DNA of 64,000 nucleotides from Nitrospirota bacterium (GCA_963790205.1 CAWBNQ010000008.1:32001-96000); one strand, 5' to 3'; shown: positions 1-10,960, counted from the stretch's first letter. Numbers and translations are program-made. Notes: a model not told the origin generated them from the sequence alone.

Positions 1-29
1 AAAGACGCATCAGGAGGTTTTTTTCTGCC

Positions 30-1532
30 ATGATCCGGAACAAGAAATTCTATCTCTCCGCTGCATTTATTCTCGTGGTGGGTATTTTTGTCGGCCTTGT
101 TCTCTCATCGCGCGTCGGTGTGATCAATCCGCTTCCGGCCAAAAGCCTGATATCCTCCAAGTCGATCGAGCTCCTGACGCAGCTCTCCGAAGCCCAGTCC
201 GAGGTCGCAGCGGTCGCGACGCCGTCGATCGTGAACATTTCCACGACACGGGTCATCAAAGGGGGTGAAGAAGCCCCCTTCGATTTCTTCGACGACCCGT
301 TCTTCAGAAGGTTCTTCGGAGACCAGTTCCAGCGCCCAAATCCCAATGCGCCGAAGGAACACAAGGAGCAGAGCCTGGGGTCGGGCGTGATCGTGTCCGA
401 GGACGGCTATATCGTCACCAACAACCACGTCATCGAGAAGGCGCAGGAAATCAAAGTGCTGCTCCTGAACAAGAAGGACTATAAGGCCAGGCTCATTGGA
501 GCGGACCCCAAGACCGATATCGCCGTGATCAAGATCGAGGCCAAGGGGCTGCCGGCCGTGCCCTGGGGCGATTCCAACAAACTCAAGGTGGGCGAGATCG
601 TCTTCGCGATCGGGAATCCCTTTGGCCTGAACCAGACCGTGACCATGGGAGTGATCAGCGCCGTGGGGCGGGCGAACGTGGGCATCGCTGACTATGAGGA
701 TTTCATACAGACCGATGCGGCCATCAACCCCGGCAACTCCGGCGGCGCCCTCATTAATGCCCGCGGCGAGCTTATCGGCATCAATACCGCCATCCTGTCG
801 AGGACCGGCGGGTATCAAGGCATCGGCTTTGCCGTGCCGAGCAGCATGGCCCGGCAGGTAATGGACAGCCTGGTGAAGTACAAGAAAGTAGTGCGCGGCT
901 GGATCGGCGTCAGCATTCAGGAGGTCACCTCCGATCTCGCGGAAGAGTTCGGCGTCAAGGACCTGAAGGGCGCGCTCGTGAGCGGCGTCATCAAGGGCGG
1001 CCCCGCGGAGAAGGCGGGCATCAAACAGGGAGATGTCATATTACAATATAACGGCAAGGTCGTCGAGGACACGGGCCATTTGCGCAACATGGTGTCCCAG
1101 ACGCCGATCGGCACGACGGTAAAAGTCAGGCTGCTGCGCCAGAAGAAGGAGATCGATGCCGACGTGGTCATCGCCGAATTGCCGAGGAAGATGACCGAGT
1201 CGTCTCCGCGGAACCGGGAAGAACCCGGCACGGAAGAGGAGAGCATGGCGCTCACGGGGCTGGTGGTGCGCGAATTGACACCCGAGATCGCCCGGCGTCT
1301 CGGCATCGATGAAACCGAGAAGGGCGTCGTCGTGATCAAGGTCGATACGGAAAGCAGGGTGTACGAGGCCGGGATCAGGCCGGGGGACATCATCCTTCAG
1401 GTCAATCAGAAGAACGTTCGGACCCTGGACGATTACAAAAAATCGGCATCAAAGATAAAGGCGAAGGACAGGGCGCTGCTTCTCATTCGCAGGAACGGTG
1501 AAGACCTTTTCGTCACCATCAAGCCGGAATAG
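30..1532 (+). CDS. degQ: DegQ/HtrA (protease Do) periplasmic serine protease
   Basis: N-terminal hydrophobic anchor, TNNHV, TDIAV and GNSGG catalytic motifs, two PDZ domains; AGGAGG upstream. Confidence 0.93.
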   Translation: MIRNKKFYLSAAFILVVGIFVGLVLSSRVGVINPLPAKSLISSKSIELLTQLSEAQSEVAAVATPSIVNISTTRVIKGGEEAPFDFFDDPFFRRFFGDQFQRPNPNAPKEHKEQSLGSGVIVSEDGYIVTNNHVIEKAQEIKVLLLNKKDYKARLIGADPKTDIAVIKIEAKGLPAVPWGDSNKLKVGEIVFAIGNPFGLNQTVTMGVISAVGRANVGIADYEDFIQTDAAINPGNSGGALINARGELIGINTAILSRTGGYQGIGFAVPSSMARQVMDSLVKYKKVVRGWIGVSIQEVTSDLAEEFGVKDLKGALVSGVIKGGPAEKAGIKQGDVILQYNGKVVEDTGHLRNMVSQTPIGTTVKVRLLRQKKEIDADVVIAELPRKMTESSPRNREEPGTEEESMALTGLVVRELTPEIARRLGIDETEKGVVVIKVDTESRVYEAGIRPGDIILQVNQKNVRTLDDYKKSASKIKAKDRALLLIRRNGEDLFVTIKPE

Positions 1533-1536
1533 CAGG

Positions 1537-1670
1537 CAAGCACAAACATCCAAGCACGAAACAACAAATAAATTCCAATAACCAAACACCAAATTTCAAA
1601 CGTTTGGAAATTGAAGCTTTGAATTTGGAGCATATTCCTGATTAGGGTTTGATATTTGGCGTTTGCATTT
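1537..1670. repeat. Heptamer-periodic imperfect palindromic intergenic element
   Basis: A/C-rich left arm and T/G-rich right arm centred on TTTCAAACGTTTGGAA; homologous to 25437-25563. Confidence 0.7.
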
Positions 1671-1692
1671 TTTAGGAAAGGAGGTGAAACAG

Positions 1693-2712
1693 ATGGGACT
1701 TATCCTTATTCGGATCTTATTTATTTTTTTAAGTACCTTGCTCGGGTACTACGTCTCGACGCAGCTCTACGATCAGGTCAGTAAAATCGAAGGAATGGTC
1801 ATCGGCTTCGGAGTTTCAGTCCTTATTATCCTGACCGAATTCCTGTTCAGAAGGGTCTCATTAAAAGTCATCGTCGGCGGTATTCTCGGTTTTATCCTCG
1901 GATTGATGTCCGCGAACATTATCGCGGCCCCGTTGAAGCTTGTTCCGCTTGAGCGGAGCATCGTGAATTTTATTCTCCTGCTCATGAACGGTTTTTTCGG
2001 ATACATCGGCATTACCATCGGGATCAGGGAAGGGGAGCGGTTCAACCCCTCGAACATCAAAAAACTCTTTAAGGGCGGGACGGAAGAGAACATCAAGATC
2101 ATGGACACGAGCGTGATCATCGACGGCAGGATCGCCGACGTGTGCGAGACGGAATTTCTCGACGGCACGATCATCATTCCGCAGTTCATTCTCCACGAAC
2201 TCCAGCATATCGCCGACTCGTCGGATTCCCTGAAGCGGGCGCGGGGAAGACGCGGCCTCGATATCCTGCACCGGATCCAGAAGATGAGCCATATGGAGGT
2301 CCGGATCACCGAGGAAGACTTCCCGAAGATCCGCGACGTCGACAGCAAACTGATCGCTCTGGGGAAAAAACTCGGCGCCAAGGTCATAACCAATGATTTC
2401 AACCTGAACAAGGTCGCCGAGCTTCAGGGCGTCAAGGTGCTCAATATCAACGACCTCTCGAATGCCGTGAAGCCGGTCGCCCTTCCGGGCGAGAGCATGC
2501 GGGTGTTCGTACTCAAAGAAGGCAAGGAACCGGGACAGGGCGTGGCGTACCTGGACGACGGCACAATGATCGTTGTGGAGAACGGCCGCAAGTATATCAA
2601 CAAGAACGTGGATGTGGCGGTCACGAGCGTGCTCCAGACCGCGGCGGGGAGAATGATCTTCACGAAGCTCAAAGAAGATATGGAGCATGATTTACAGACC
2701 GCGGAACGGTGA
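1693..2712 (+). CDS. Membrane PIN/TRAM domain protein (YacL-like)
   Basis: 4 TM helices, DTSVIIDGRI PIN motif, TNDFNL, C-terminal TRAM (GVAYLDDGTMIVVE); ATG 1693 follows AGGAGGTG. Confidence 0.9.
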   Translation: MGLILIRILFIFLSTLLGYYVSTQLYDQVSKIEGMVIGFGVSVLIILTEFLFRRVSLKVIVGGILGFILGLMSANIIAAPLKLVPLERSIVNFILLLMNGFFGYIGITIGIREGERFNPSNIKKLFKGGTEENIKIMDTSVIIDGRIADVCETEFLDGTIIIPQFILHELQHIADSSDSLKRARGRRGLDILHRIQKMSHMEVRITEEDFPKIRDVDSKLIALGKKLGAKVITNDFNLNKVAELQGVKVLNINDLSNAVKPVALPGESMRVFVLKEGKEPGQGVAYLDDGTMIVVENGRKYINKNVDVAVTSVLQTAAGRMIFTKLKEDMEHDLQTAER

Positions 2713-2845
2713 GGTTCCGTTGGATGCCGAATTGTAAATTTCAAATTGCAAATTGGAAAATGAAAACTTGAGGAAGTAAAATCTACTAGTTTCAATTTCC
2801 AACCTTAATTTTTCAATTCTTTATTTGCCTTATTTAGGAGGACAG

Positions 2846-3590
2846 ATGTCAGGCCACTCAAAATGGGCAACAACGAAGCACAAGAAAGCCGCTACTGATG
2901 CGAAGCGCGGAAAGATATTCACCAAGATCGGCAAGGAGATCACGGTCGCGGCCAAGCTTGGAGGCGGAGATCCCGGCGGCAACCCCCGTCTCAGGACGGC
3001 GATCGCAAAGGCGAAGTCGGTCAGCCTTCCGGCCGAGAACATCAAGCGTGCGATCCAGAAAGGCACCGGCGAGCTGCCGGGGGTCTCGTACGAGGAAATA
3101 ATCTACGAGGGATACGGACCGGGCGGCGTTGCGGTCATTGTCGAGGTCCTGACCGACAACCGGAACAGGACCGTTTCCGAGATCCGTAATATTTTCAGCA
3201 AGGCCGGCGGCAACATGGGCGAGGCGGGCTGCGTTTCATGGATGTTCCATAAGAAAGGTTATCTTGTCGTCAATCGCGCAAAGGCCGATGAGGACAAACT
3301 CATGACCCTGGCGCTTGATGCGGGAGCAGAGGACATGCAGACCGAAGATGATAACTTTGTGATCACGACGACCTTGAACGATTTCGAAAAGGTTAAAAAG
3401 ACGCTCGAGGACGCCGGCGTGCAGCTCGGACGTCTCCGAGGTCACCATGATACCGCAGACCTATGTGAAGCTCGACGGCAAGGAGGCCCATCAGATGCTT
3501 CGTCTTGTGGAAGCCCTCGAAGACAACGATGACGTCCAGAATGTCTATGCCAACTTCGATATTCCCGAAGAAATATTGAGTTCAGTATAG
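2846..3590 (+). CDS. yebC: YebC/PmpR family protein with a +1 frameshift near 3428
   Basis: MSGHSKW start, YEGYGPGG; the conserved C-terminus ([15 protein letters not shown]) lies in the +1 frame after an extra G at 3428-3429 and ends TAG 3590. Confidence 0.9.
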
Positions 3591-3738
3591 GAACGGCAGG
3601 CGGGCGGCATGCCGCGCATGCCGAACTGGAAATTGGAAGTTTAAATTGATGCTTGAAAAATTGAGGAGGTGGCTTCCTTGCGATCTCCCATTTCCAATCT
3701 TCAAGGTACCATGATTTTCCGGTCCACGGGGGGGCTTT

Positions 3739-4296
3739 ATGCGGGTTCTTGGGATTGATCCCGGTACGCTTACGAGCGGTTACGGGATAGTTGCTGAAGA
3801 GGACCACAAACTCTTCCATGTTGCGTCGGGAGGGATCAGCCCGTCGGCCAAACAGCCTTTTCCCAAGCGGCTCAAGAAAATTTACGAGGAACTGGAGAAG
3901 GTCATCGACAAATACCGTCCGCAGGTCGTTGTGGTCGAGGACATCTTCGTGTCTAAAAACATCAAATCCGCGCTCAAGCTCGGACACGCGCGCGGTGTTG
4001 CGATCCTCGCGGCCATGAATGCGGGGCTTGCCGTGTTCGAATATGCCCCGCTGGAGGTCAAACAGGCGGTGGTGGGGAACGGGAAGGCCGATAAAAAGCA
4101 GGTGCAAATGATGGTCAAGGCCCTGCTGGACCTTCCGAAAATCCCCCATCCGGCGGACGCAGCGGACGCGCTCGCCGCCGCCATCTGCCATATCCATTCA
4201 TCGAGGCTCAAAGAGATACTCAAAAATTCGTCATCCCTGCGACAGCCGGCCAGAAGCGTGGGCGCCCTCAGGGGCGCCGGCGGACGCAGAGCTTAG
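3739..4296 (+). CDS. ruvC: Holliday junction resolvase RuvC
   Basis: LGIDPG, VVVE, EVKQAVVGNGKADK, DAADALA motifs. Confidence 0.96.
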   Translation: MRVLGIDPGTLTSGYGIVAEEDHKLFHVASGGISPSAKQPFPKRLKKIYEELEKVIDKYRPQVVVVEDIFVSKNIKSALKLGHARGVAILAAMNAGLAVFEYAPLEVKQAVVGNGKADKKQVQMMVKALLDLPKIPHPADAADALAAAICHIHSSRLKEILKNSSSLRQPARSVGALRGAGGRRA

Positions 4297-4306
4297 GCAT
4301 GATGAA

Positions 4307-4909
4307 ATGATTGCTTCGCTTTCCGGCAAACTGAGGCGCAAAGGCACGGACTACCTGATCGTTGACGTCTCCGGCGTCGGGTACCAGGTCCATGTCCCGC
4401 TTTCCACCTACTGCGGCATCCCTGAAAAAGGCGATGACGTCAGTCTCCATATTCACACTCATCTGCGCGAGGATTCGCTCTCGCTCTTCGGTTTTCTGAC
4501 CGAGGCTGAAAGGGACATGTTTCTGCTCCTCATGGGAGTTTCCGGCATCGGTCCGAAGCTCGCGCTTGCCATACTCTCCAGCCTGTCCGTGGGAGATCTT
4601 TCCTGCGCACTCCGCACGTCGGATGATGCCAAGCTCTGCGCCATCCCCGGCATCGGGAAAAAGACCGCTGCGCGGATGGTCCTCGAATTAAAAGACAAGA
4701 TAAAACATCTTGTGCCTTCATTCAGCGAGGCTTCCCCGACGGCCGCTGCCGGACCCGGCGATGTCGAGGATGTTATATCAGCGCTCGTGGGTCTTGGATA
4801 TAAAAAGCCGCAGGCGGAAGAAACAGTTAGAAAGATCAAGGATGGCCGGCCCGGCCTTGCGATCGAAGAGCTGATCCGGGAAGCGCTTTCCGTGTTACTG
4901 AAAAGATAG
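4307..4909 (+). CDS. ruvA: Holliday junction DNA-binding protein RuvA
   Basis: GVGY, HLRED, GIGPKLA and GIGKKTA HhH motifs, ALVGLGY. Confidence 0.96.
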   Translation: MIASLSGKLRRKGTDYLIVDVSGVGYQVHVPLSTYCGIPEKGDDVSLHIHTHLREDSLSLFGFLTEAERDMFLLLMGVSGIGPKLALAILSSLSVGDLSCALRTSDDAKLCAIPGIGKKTAARMVLELKDKIKHLVPSFSEASPTAAAGPGDVEDVISALVGLGYKKPQAEETVRKIKDGRPGLAIEELIREALSVLLKR

Positions 4910-4945
4910 GCCACGCCAGGCCTGCGGAAGAAGAGACAGCGACCG

Positions 4946-5965
4946 ATGTCGGAGAGAATCATAGAGTCTGAACAGAATGATGATGACGTCCAGCTCGACA
5001 GGAGCCTGAGGCCGCTTCGCTTCGATGATTTTGTGGGGCAGGACAGGATCAAGGAGAACCTGCGTGTTTTCATCGATGCGGCCAAGGGCAGGGGCGAGGC
5101 GCTCGACCACGTGCTGTTCTGCGGCCCGCCCGGGCTCGGCAAAACCACGCTTGCAAACATCATTGCGCACGAACTCGGCGTGGGCATCAGGGCGACATCG
5201 GGCCCCGTGCTCGAACGCGCCGGCGACCTGGCCGCTATTCTGACCAATCTGCAGGACCATGACGTTCTTTTTATCGATGAGATCCACCGTCTGAACCGGG
5301 TCGTGGAGGAGATCCTCTATCCGGCCATGGAGGATTTCCAGCTCGACATCATCATCGGCCAGGGACCGGGCGCCCGCTCCATCAAGCTCGATTTGCCGCA
5401 TTTTACGCTCGTCGGCGCGACCACGAGGACCGGGCTTCTCACCTCCCCGCTTCGTGACCGTTTCGGGGTGATCGATCGGTTGAACTTCTATTCTCCCGAA
5501 GAACTGCGGACCATTGTGCAGCGCTCCGCGGGTCTGCTGGGGGTTACCATCGAGGACGCAGCCGCTGCGGAGATAGCCCGCCGCTCCCGGGGCACGCCGA
5601 GGATCGTGAACCGCCTTCTCCGGCGGGTGAGGGACTTCGCCCAGGTCCAGGGCGACGGAACGATCACTAACGGGCTTGTCGTTTCCTCCATGAAGCGGCT
5701 CGAGGTGGATGAACGGGGATTTGACGAGATGGACCGGAGGCTCCTCCTCTCGATCATCGACAAGTTCGAAGGAGGGCCCGTCGGGCTCGAAACGCTTGCC
5801 GCGGCGCTCAACGAAGAAAAAGATACGCTCGAAGATGTGTACGAGCCATACCTGATCCAGGAAGGGTTTCTCGACCGCACGCCCCGCGGCAGACAGGCGA
5901 CGCGCATAGCCTACGAGTATTTCGGCAGAAAGAGACCTTCATCCGCGCAGGAGAAATTGTTATAG
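4946..5965 (+). CDS. ruvB: Holliday junction helicase RuvB
   Basis: [12 protein letters not shown] Walker A, FIDEIHR, EPYLIQ, RTPRGR. Confidence 0.97.
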   Translation: MSERIIESEQNDDDVQLDRSLRPLRFDDFVGQDRIKENLRVFIDAAKGRGEALDHVLFCGPPGLGKTTLANIIAHELGVGIRATSGPVLERAGDLAAILTNLQDHDVLFIDEIHRLNRVVEEILYPAMEDFQLDIIIGQGPGARSIKLDLPHFTLVGATTRTGLLTSPLRDRFGVIDRLNFYSPEELRTIVQRSAGLLGVTIEDAAAAEIARRSRGTPRIVNRLLRRVRDFAQVQGDGTITNGLVVSSMKRLEVDERGFDEMDRRLLLSIIDKFEGGPVGLETLAAALNEEKDTLEDVYEPYLIQEGFLDRTPRGRQATRIAYEYFGRKRPSSAQEKLL

Positions 5966-6178
5966 CAATTAACAGGCTAACCCCTTTTCACGGATGAGTT
6001 CACAGAACCCGGACAGAAGAAGCCATTGAAGCTTCCTGCAGCAAATGAAGGTTCGTACAGGTATCTGCGGGGAATGCGCGAAGTGAAGGTTCGTAGAGGA
6101 ATCTCCGGAATTCATGGTGTCTTTTAACGCGGCATCCTGCGGGAAATTTACTTTTACAGGAAGTCCTCATCGGTTGCC

Positions 6179-6724
6179 ATGAAAATTTTATTTCATATCT
6201 GCTGCGCGCCCTGCGCTCTTTACCCCCTGTCTCGGCTGAGGGAAGAAGGCATGGAACCGACGGGGTTCTTTTATAATCCGAATATCCATCCCTACCGTGA
6301 ATATAAAAAGCGGCTCGAAACGGTGAAGGAGTTTTCGCTTCGTGCGGGACTTGACGTTTTGTACCGGGACGGCTACGATCTTGACGCATTTCTTTCGCGG
6401 GTAGCCGGCGCGGGAGCCCACCGTTGCGAGCAGTGTTACCGGATGAGACTCGACGCTGCAGCGGCGGCGGCGCGAGAGCAGGGGTTCAAGGTACTGACCA
6501 CCTCTCTCCTGTACAGTAAATATCAGAAACACGACCTCATCAAGGGAATCGCGACAGAGATGGCCTTCGAGCATGGGATCGAGTTTTATTATGATGATTT
6601 TCGCCTGGGCTGGCACGAAGGCATCATGGAATCAAAGGCCATGGGCCTGTATCGGCAACAGTACTGCGGCTGTATTTACAGCGAGTGGGAACGGTATCGT
6701 GGAACAGATGGAGCGACAAGATAG
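6179..6724 (+). CDS. queH: Epoxyqueuosine reductase QueH (DUF208)
   Basis: HICCAPC, YNPNIHP, CxxC, YRQQYCGC motifs. Confidence 0.92.
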   Translation: MKILFHICCAPCALYPLSRLREEGMEPTGFFYNPNIHPYREYKKRLETVKEFSLRAGLDVLYRDGYDLDAFLSRVAGAGAHRCEQCYRMRLDAAAAAAREQGFKVLTTSLLYSKYQKHDLIKGIATEMAFEHGIEFYYDDFRLGWHEGIMESKAMGLYRQQYCGCIYSEWERYRGTDGATR

Positions 6725-6834
6725 ATTTATTTGAGCGGATGGCGCCGAGCTTCGGCGTGGCGCTACCGATGATAGTATAAAAAAGCGTGCTTTATGCAAA
6801 AACCCGCGGTCTGATTTTTACCGACGTAAGCCGT

Positions 6835-7917
6835 ATGATAAATAAAACTTTTTTCCTGTCGCTGGCTTTTCTCATGGCCCTCCCGTTTACTGCGAAAGCT
6901 GAGAACATCCGTGTTGTCGTTTTGAACAATACGAGGACGGTTACGCTGAAGTCGCAAGCCGGGCTGACGGTGGAAGGCTCTCCGTCGAACCTTAAAGAAA
7001 AGAAGATGATTTTCGGCCCATCTTTTATCGGGACGCGGCCCGTGCGCGTCAGATCGGCGGGAGAATTCATTACGGTGAACGGAAAGAGCTATCGGGGACG
7101 GATCGAGCTCAGAGAAAAAAAGAACGGTCTGCTTCTCGTCATCAATGAACTGGATATTGAGGATTATCTCCAGGGCGTGATCGCCGAGGAAATTCCCCAT
7201 GATTGGGAGCTTGAGGCGTTGAAAGCCCAGGCCGTGGCTTCCAGGACCTATGCCCTGTACCGGAAGAGAACAGCGGGTAAAAGGGCCTATCACCTCCTTG
7301 CTACGGTCAAAGGCCAGGTTTATTCAGGAAGAAGCGGGGAGCAGGCAAGGGCCGCCCGGGCTGTTCGAGAAACGGAAGGGATCGTAATTACCTATGGGGG
7401 TGAGGTCATCCCCGCCTTTTATCATGCCAGCTGCGGCGGACATACGGAAAATGCAATGGAGCTCTGGGGCATAGACGCGCCCTATCTCCGAGGCGTCGAC
7501 TGCGACTGCCAGGAGATATCCACGTACGGCCAGTGGGAAAAGCGGCTGAGCATTGCACAAGTTACGGCCGCGCTCCGCCGTCAAGGCTATCGCCTGAAAG
7601 GCATCAGCAAACTGGAGATAAACGGAATTACCGCCGCCGGCAGGGTGAAACAAGTATCGATCTATCATGCAGCGGGAATTGAATCGGTTCCCGCGGAAAC
7701 GCTGCGGACGGCGATCGGCTATGCCGTCATCCCGAGCGTTTTTTTCGAAATAGCGGTCGTAGGTAACGAGATCGTTATTTCCGGAAGGGGCATGGGGCAT
7801 GGCGTCGGTCTCTGTCAGTGGGGCGCGCAGGAAATGGCGCGGAAGGGGAAAGACTATAAGGCCATTCTTTCCCACTATTATCCGGGGACGAGTCTCATGA
7901 AAGTGGACGGTCTCTAG
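6835..7917 (+). CDS. SpoIID/LytB domain lytic transglycosylase-like protein
   Basis: EDYLQGVIAEE, EALKAQAVASRTY, GHGVGLCQWGA, ILSHYYPG; signal peptide from ATG 6835. Confidence 0.9.
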   Translation: MINKTFFLSLAFLMALPFTAKAENIRVVVLNNTRTVTLKSQAGLTVEGSPSNLKEKKMIFGPSFIGTRPVRVRSAGEFITVNGKSYRGRIELREKKNGLLLVINELDIEDYLQGVIAEEIPHDWELEALKAQAVASRTYALYRKRTAGKRAYHLLATVKGQVYSGRSGEQARAARAVRETEGIVITYGGEVIPAFYHASCGGHTENAMELWGIDAPYLRGVDCDCQEISTYGQWEKRLSIAQVTAALRRQGYRLKGISKLEINGITAAGRVKQVSIYHAAGIESVPAETLRTAIGYAVIPSVFFEIAVVGNEIVISGRGMGHGVGLCQWGAQEMARKGKDYKAILSHYYPGTSLMKVDGL

Positions 7918-7944
7918 GAGGACAAGCATCGTCGAATCATTTTC

Positions 7945-7973
7945 TTGACGTGGTGGCCATAAAAATATAAAAT
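7945..7973 (+). promoter_or_regulatory. Sigma70-type promoter, probably leaderless
   Basis: TTGACG-17-TAAAAT ending 6 nt before ATG 7980; no SD. Confidence 0.6.
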
Positions 7974-7979
7974 AACGTC

Positions 7980-8720
7980 ATGCTGAAAAAATATATAACA
8001 TTCGTTCCCCTTCTGGTTGCCATGGGCGTCCTTCTCTGCATCACACTCGCCGCATACGAGCGGAACAGGGTCTACAAAACCCCTGTGACCTTATGGGCTG
8101 ATGCCTCCTCAAAATCAGTGAACAAACGCAGAACGCACGAAAATTACGGCCAGGCGCTCTCCACGGCGGGCATGTTAAGCGAAGCGTTACAGCAGTTCCA
8201 AACCGTCCTTGCCCTCAAGGACGACGGGAGCGTTCCTCCCCGCGACCTGTACCGGGAAATCGGCGTTGTCTATTTCCGGATGGGCCTCTTTGATGATTCA
8301 ATCACAGCTTGGCAGACGGGGCTGCGTTATGCTCCCGGCGACCCAAGTCTCCTCAATAACCTCTCAGTGGCTTTTATCAGAAAACAGCGCTATGCCGAAG
8401 CAGAGGCGGCGGTGCGGCAGGCGCTGACCGCCGATCCGAATATGCCCCAGCTTCTCAATACGCTCGGCGAGTTACTTATGATGAAGCGGAGCTATGAAGA
8501 AGCCCTCAAGTGTTTTCTTGCGGCGATCGAACGCGAACCCGACACCCCGTCGCGCTACTGGAATGCAGCCCTCGCTTTCGAAAGAACGGGCCGGTACGAT
8601 ATGGCTTATGATTATGCAAGCCGGTTCGCGGCCATGGAGCCGGATCCTGAGTCCCGACAGCGCACGGAGGTGTATTTGGAAAGATTGAAAAGTCTCTACT
8701 TGTCAAAACGCAAGCCCTAG
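7980..8720 (+). CDS. Membrane-anchored tetratricopeptide repeat protein
   Basis: N-terminal TM then TPR-like repeats (NLSVAF, NTLGELL, YWNAALAF). Confidence 0.85.
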   Translation: MLKKYITFVPLLVAMGVLLCITLAAYERNRVYKTPVTLWADASSKSVNKRRTHENYGQALSTAGMLSEALQQFQTVLALKDDGSVPPRDLYREIGVVYFRMGLFDDSITAWQTGLRYAPGDPSLLNNLSVAFIRKQRYAEAEAAVRQALTADPNMPQLLNTLGELLMMKRSYEEALKCFLAAIEREPDTPSRYWNAALAFERTGRYDMAYDYASRFAAMEPDPESRQRTEVYLERLKSLYLSKRKP

Positions 8721-8893
8721 GACTTCCCCGCATACTTCCTGTTTATTGTTCCGTTATTTTCTTCACTATTACCTTAAAACACCGTTGATGATTTGCCGCT
8801 CTGCATGAAACACGGTCATTTCCGCGCCGCTATTCAGTATCGGAAGACCGCCGTCCGGGATCGAAAAAACCGTACAGTACATCCGTACACCGG

Positions 8894-10024
8894 TCATGTT
8901 CCGTCCGCCATCGGGCTGAAGCTCACCCGGTTCCTGCCGGTCCGCTTTGAAAGGTAGAGAGCCTCATCCGCCTTTTTGATGAGTTCTTCGGGACTGATAT
9001 CTTTCGCATCCATGACACCGGCGACGCCGATGCTGACGGTAACCTTGCCTGCCGGATTTTCAGCATTGAAATTGAACGCCGCGTTCTCCACGGCGCTTCT
9101 CAGCCGTTCCGCCGCTTTCACGGCTTTATGCAACTCCAGTTCGGGCATGATGACGGCGAACTCTTCGCCGCCATAGCGGCAGCAAATGTCGATGGAGGCG
9201 CACCGGCACTGGGTCGTAATGATCCTGGCGAGCTGCCTCAGCACGATATCGCCTGCCTGGTGCCCGAAGCTGTCGTTGAATTGCTTAAAGTGGTCGATGT
9301 CCAGCAGGAGGAGCGACAGCGGCTTAAGCGTCCGGTCGCGTCTGTTGATCTCCTGAAGGAGCTTATCCTGGAACACCCGTCGGTTGTTCAGGCCGGTAAG
9401 ACCGTCCAACTGGGAAAGTTTCTGGGTTTTTTCGAAGAGTCTCGCTTTTTCTATGCCCGCCGCTATCTGGTGGGAGAGAATGGCCATGAAGTCCATGTCC
9501 TCGACGCTGAGGCCGTATTTTACCGGGCTGTCCATGCCGATCACGCCGATCGTGGCATTATGAACTTTGAGCGCGATCCCGATATAGGACCCTTCGCGCT
9601 TTTCTTCGTCGGCAAAATGGATAAAATCACTGAGTGTTCTGTAGAAGGCCGATAGATCGTGAATGTGGACGTGTTCGCCGTTTTCGACGATCCTCCCGGG
9701 CGTGCCTTCTCCGATGTTCAGCGTGAGCTTATGCTGGATGTTCAGCCCGCTGAAAAAGACCAACTCAAGCTTTTCCCTGTTTTCGTCGAGCAGATATATC
9801 GACATGCGTTCGACAGGGAGGGATTTTTTAATGGTCCCCATCACCTGCCGGAGCATCTCCTCAAGATCCAGGAGGGATCCGATGGTCCGCGAGATATGGT
9901 AATGGGTGTAGATCTCGTTCAGCTTTTTTTCAAGGAGATCGCCGAGGGTTTTTTCGCGGGCGCGTGCTTGTGCGATATCCTGTTCGAGCCGGGCAATGCG
10001 TTCTTTTAGCAGTTCATCGGACAT
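8894..10024 (-). CDS. GAF-GGDEF diguanylate cyclase
   Basis: Coiled coil, GAF domain, DGLTGL, DIDHFK, RYGGEEF. Confidence 0.92.
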   Translation of the reverse strand: MSDELLKERIARLEQDIAQARAREKTLGDLLEKKLNEIYTHYHISRTIGSLLDLEEMLRQVMGTIKKSLPVERMSIYLLDENREKLELVFFSGLNIQHKLTLNIGEGTPGRIVENGEHVHIHDLSAFYRTLSDFIHFADEEKREGSYIGIALKVHNATIGVIGMDSPVKYGLSVEDMDFMAILSHQIAAGIEKARLFEKTQKLSQLDGLTGLNNRRVFQDKLLQEINRRDRTLKPLSLLLLDIDHFKQFNDSFGHQAGDIVLRQLARIITTQCRCASIDICCRYGGEEFAVIMPELELHKAVKAAERLRSAVENAAFNFNAENPAGKVTVSIGVAGVMDAKDISPEELIKKADEALYLSKRTGRNRVSFSPMADGT

Positions 10025-10131
10025 GGACGACCTTCAGAGCGAGGGATGTGATGCACAGCCGGGCCGGAAGGGACCCGGTCTGTTGCAGAAGAGCCCCTTC
10101 CGGCCGCCTGGTACAGGATTGATCACGCTCA

Positions 10132-10908
10132 TTAATTCGTTTTCGGTTGGGCCGGCTTGATGGGAATTGTTTTCGGCAGGGCCGGCCGGGGAGCACCCGC
10201 CGCCGGCTGCGCGCCGGGTTTCTGCTGCGCTGCGGGGGCTGCGGCCGGAGCCGCAGGAGCCGGACAGACGCCGATGATGATCATCGTTTTTCTGTTTTTG
10301 ATCTTAAAGCCGCGGTCGGGAAGTTTTGACGAATACGCCAGCGCGGCGAGCGACTCCTGGGTCACTCCATCCCTTACCAGATACTTGACCAGCTCAACCG
10401 ATCTTTCGGAAGCGAGCGTCAACGCGTCCTTGGCCGGGACTTTTTTCCTGCCCTTGCCGCGCGCGGCAACCGCTTCAGCAGCGTTCCCTACGTAAATATC
10501 CTTTCCCTTCAACTCGTCTCTCTTGAGGAGACCGCCCAACTTTAACCGAGTCTGGGTGTCCTTTGCAAACGTTTTTGATTCAGGGGTGTACAACGCGTCT
10601 TCCGCAATGTTTATCACGACAGCATTCCCGGCGGACACGACTTCCGCCTTGCCGTCTTTTATTTCATTGGCCAGATCTGCGTTCAGAGCCATCACCGCAG
10701 GGGCAAGCCATGCTGTTTCCCCGGCTTGCTGGGCTTCCTTCTCCTTGTATTTTTTCATCTCAGTCTTTGCCCTGTCCAGTTCAGGCATGCCTGCCTTCAA
10801 ACGCTCGTAGTCCACGGACATGGGCTGGAAGACAGTAAAATAAAACAAGGCCGCTGCGCCGAGAGCCGCTGCGAGCAGTGCTCCCAAAAGATACGTAACA
10901 ATTTTCAT
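10132..10908 (-). CDS. Membrane-anchored OmpA/MotB-like protein, degenerate
   Basis: N-terminal TM, coiled coil, OmpA-C-like pattern (LASERSVELVKYL...KNRK), Pro/Ala tail; lacks GHTD. Confidence 0.6.
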   Translation of the reverse strand: MKIVTYLLGALLAAALGAAALFYFTVFQPMSVDYERLKAGMPELDRAKTEMKKYKEKEAQQAGETAWLAPAVMALNADLANEIKDGKAEVVSAGNAVVINIAEDALYTPESKTFAKDTQTRLKLGGLLKRDELKGKDIYVGNAAEAVAARGKGRKKVPAKDALTLASERSVELVKYLVRDGVTQESLAALAYSSKLPDRGFKIKNRKTMIIIGVCPAPAAPAAAPAAQQKPGAQPAAGAPRPALPKTIPIKPAQPKTN

Positions 10909-10960
10909 AAAACCCTCCTGAGTGAGAGATGCCGCTACATAATCATTGCATGGGGCCGGA

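Noticed and set aside
10058..10106. Riboswitch or terminator upstream of the GAF-GGDEF gene
   Set aside because: Single GGCCGGAAGGG/CCCTTCCGGCC hairpin with no U tract and no recognisable aptamer
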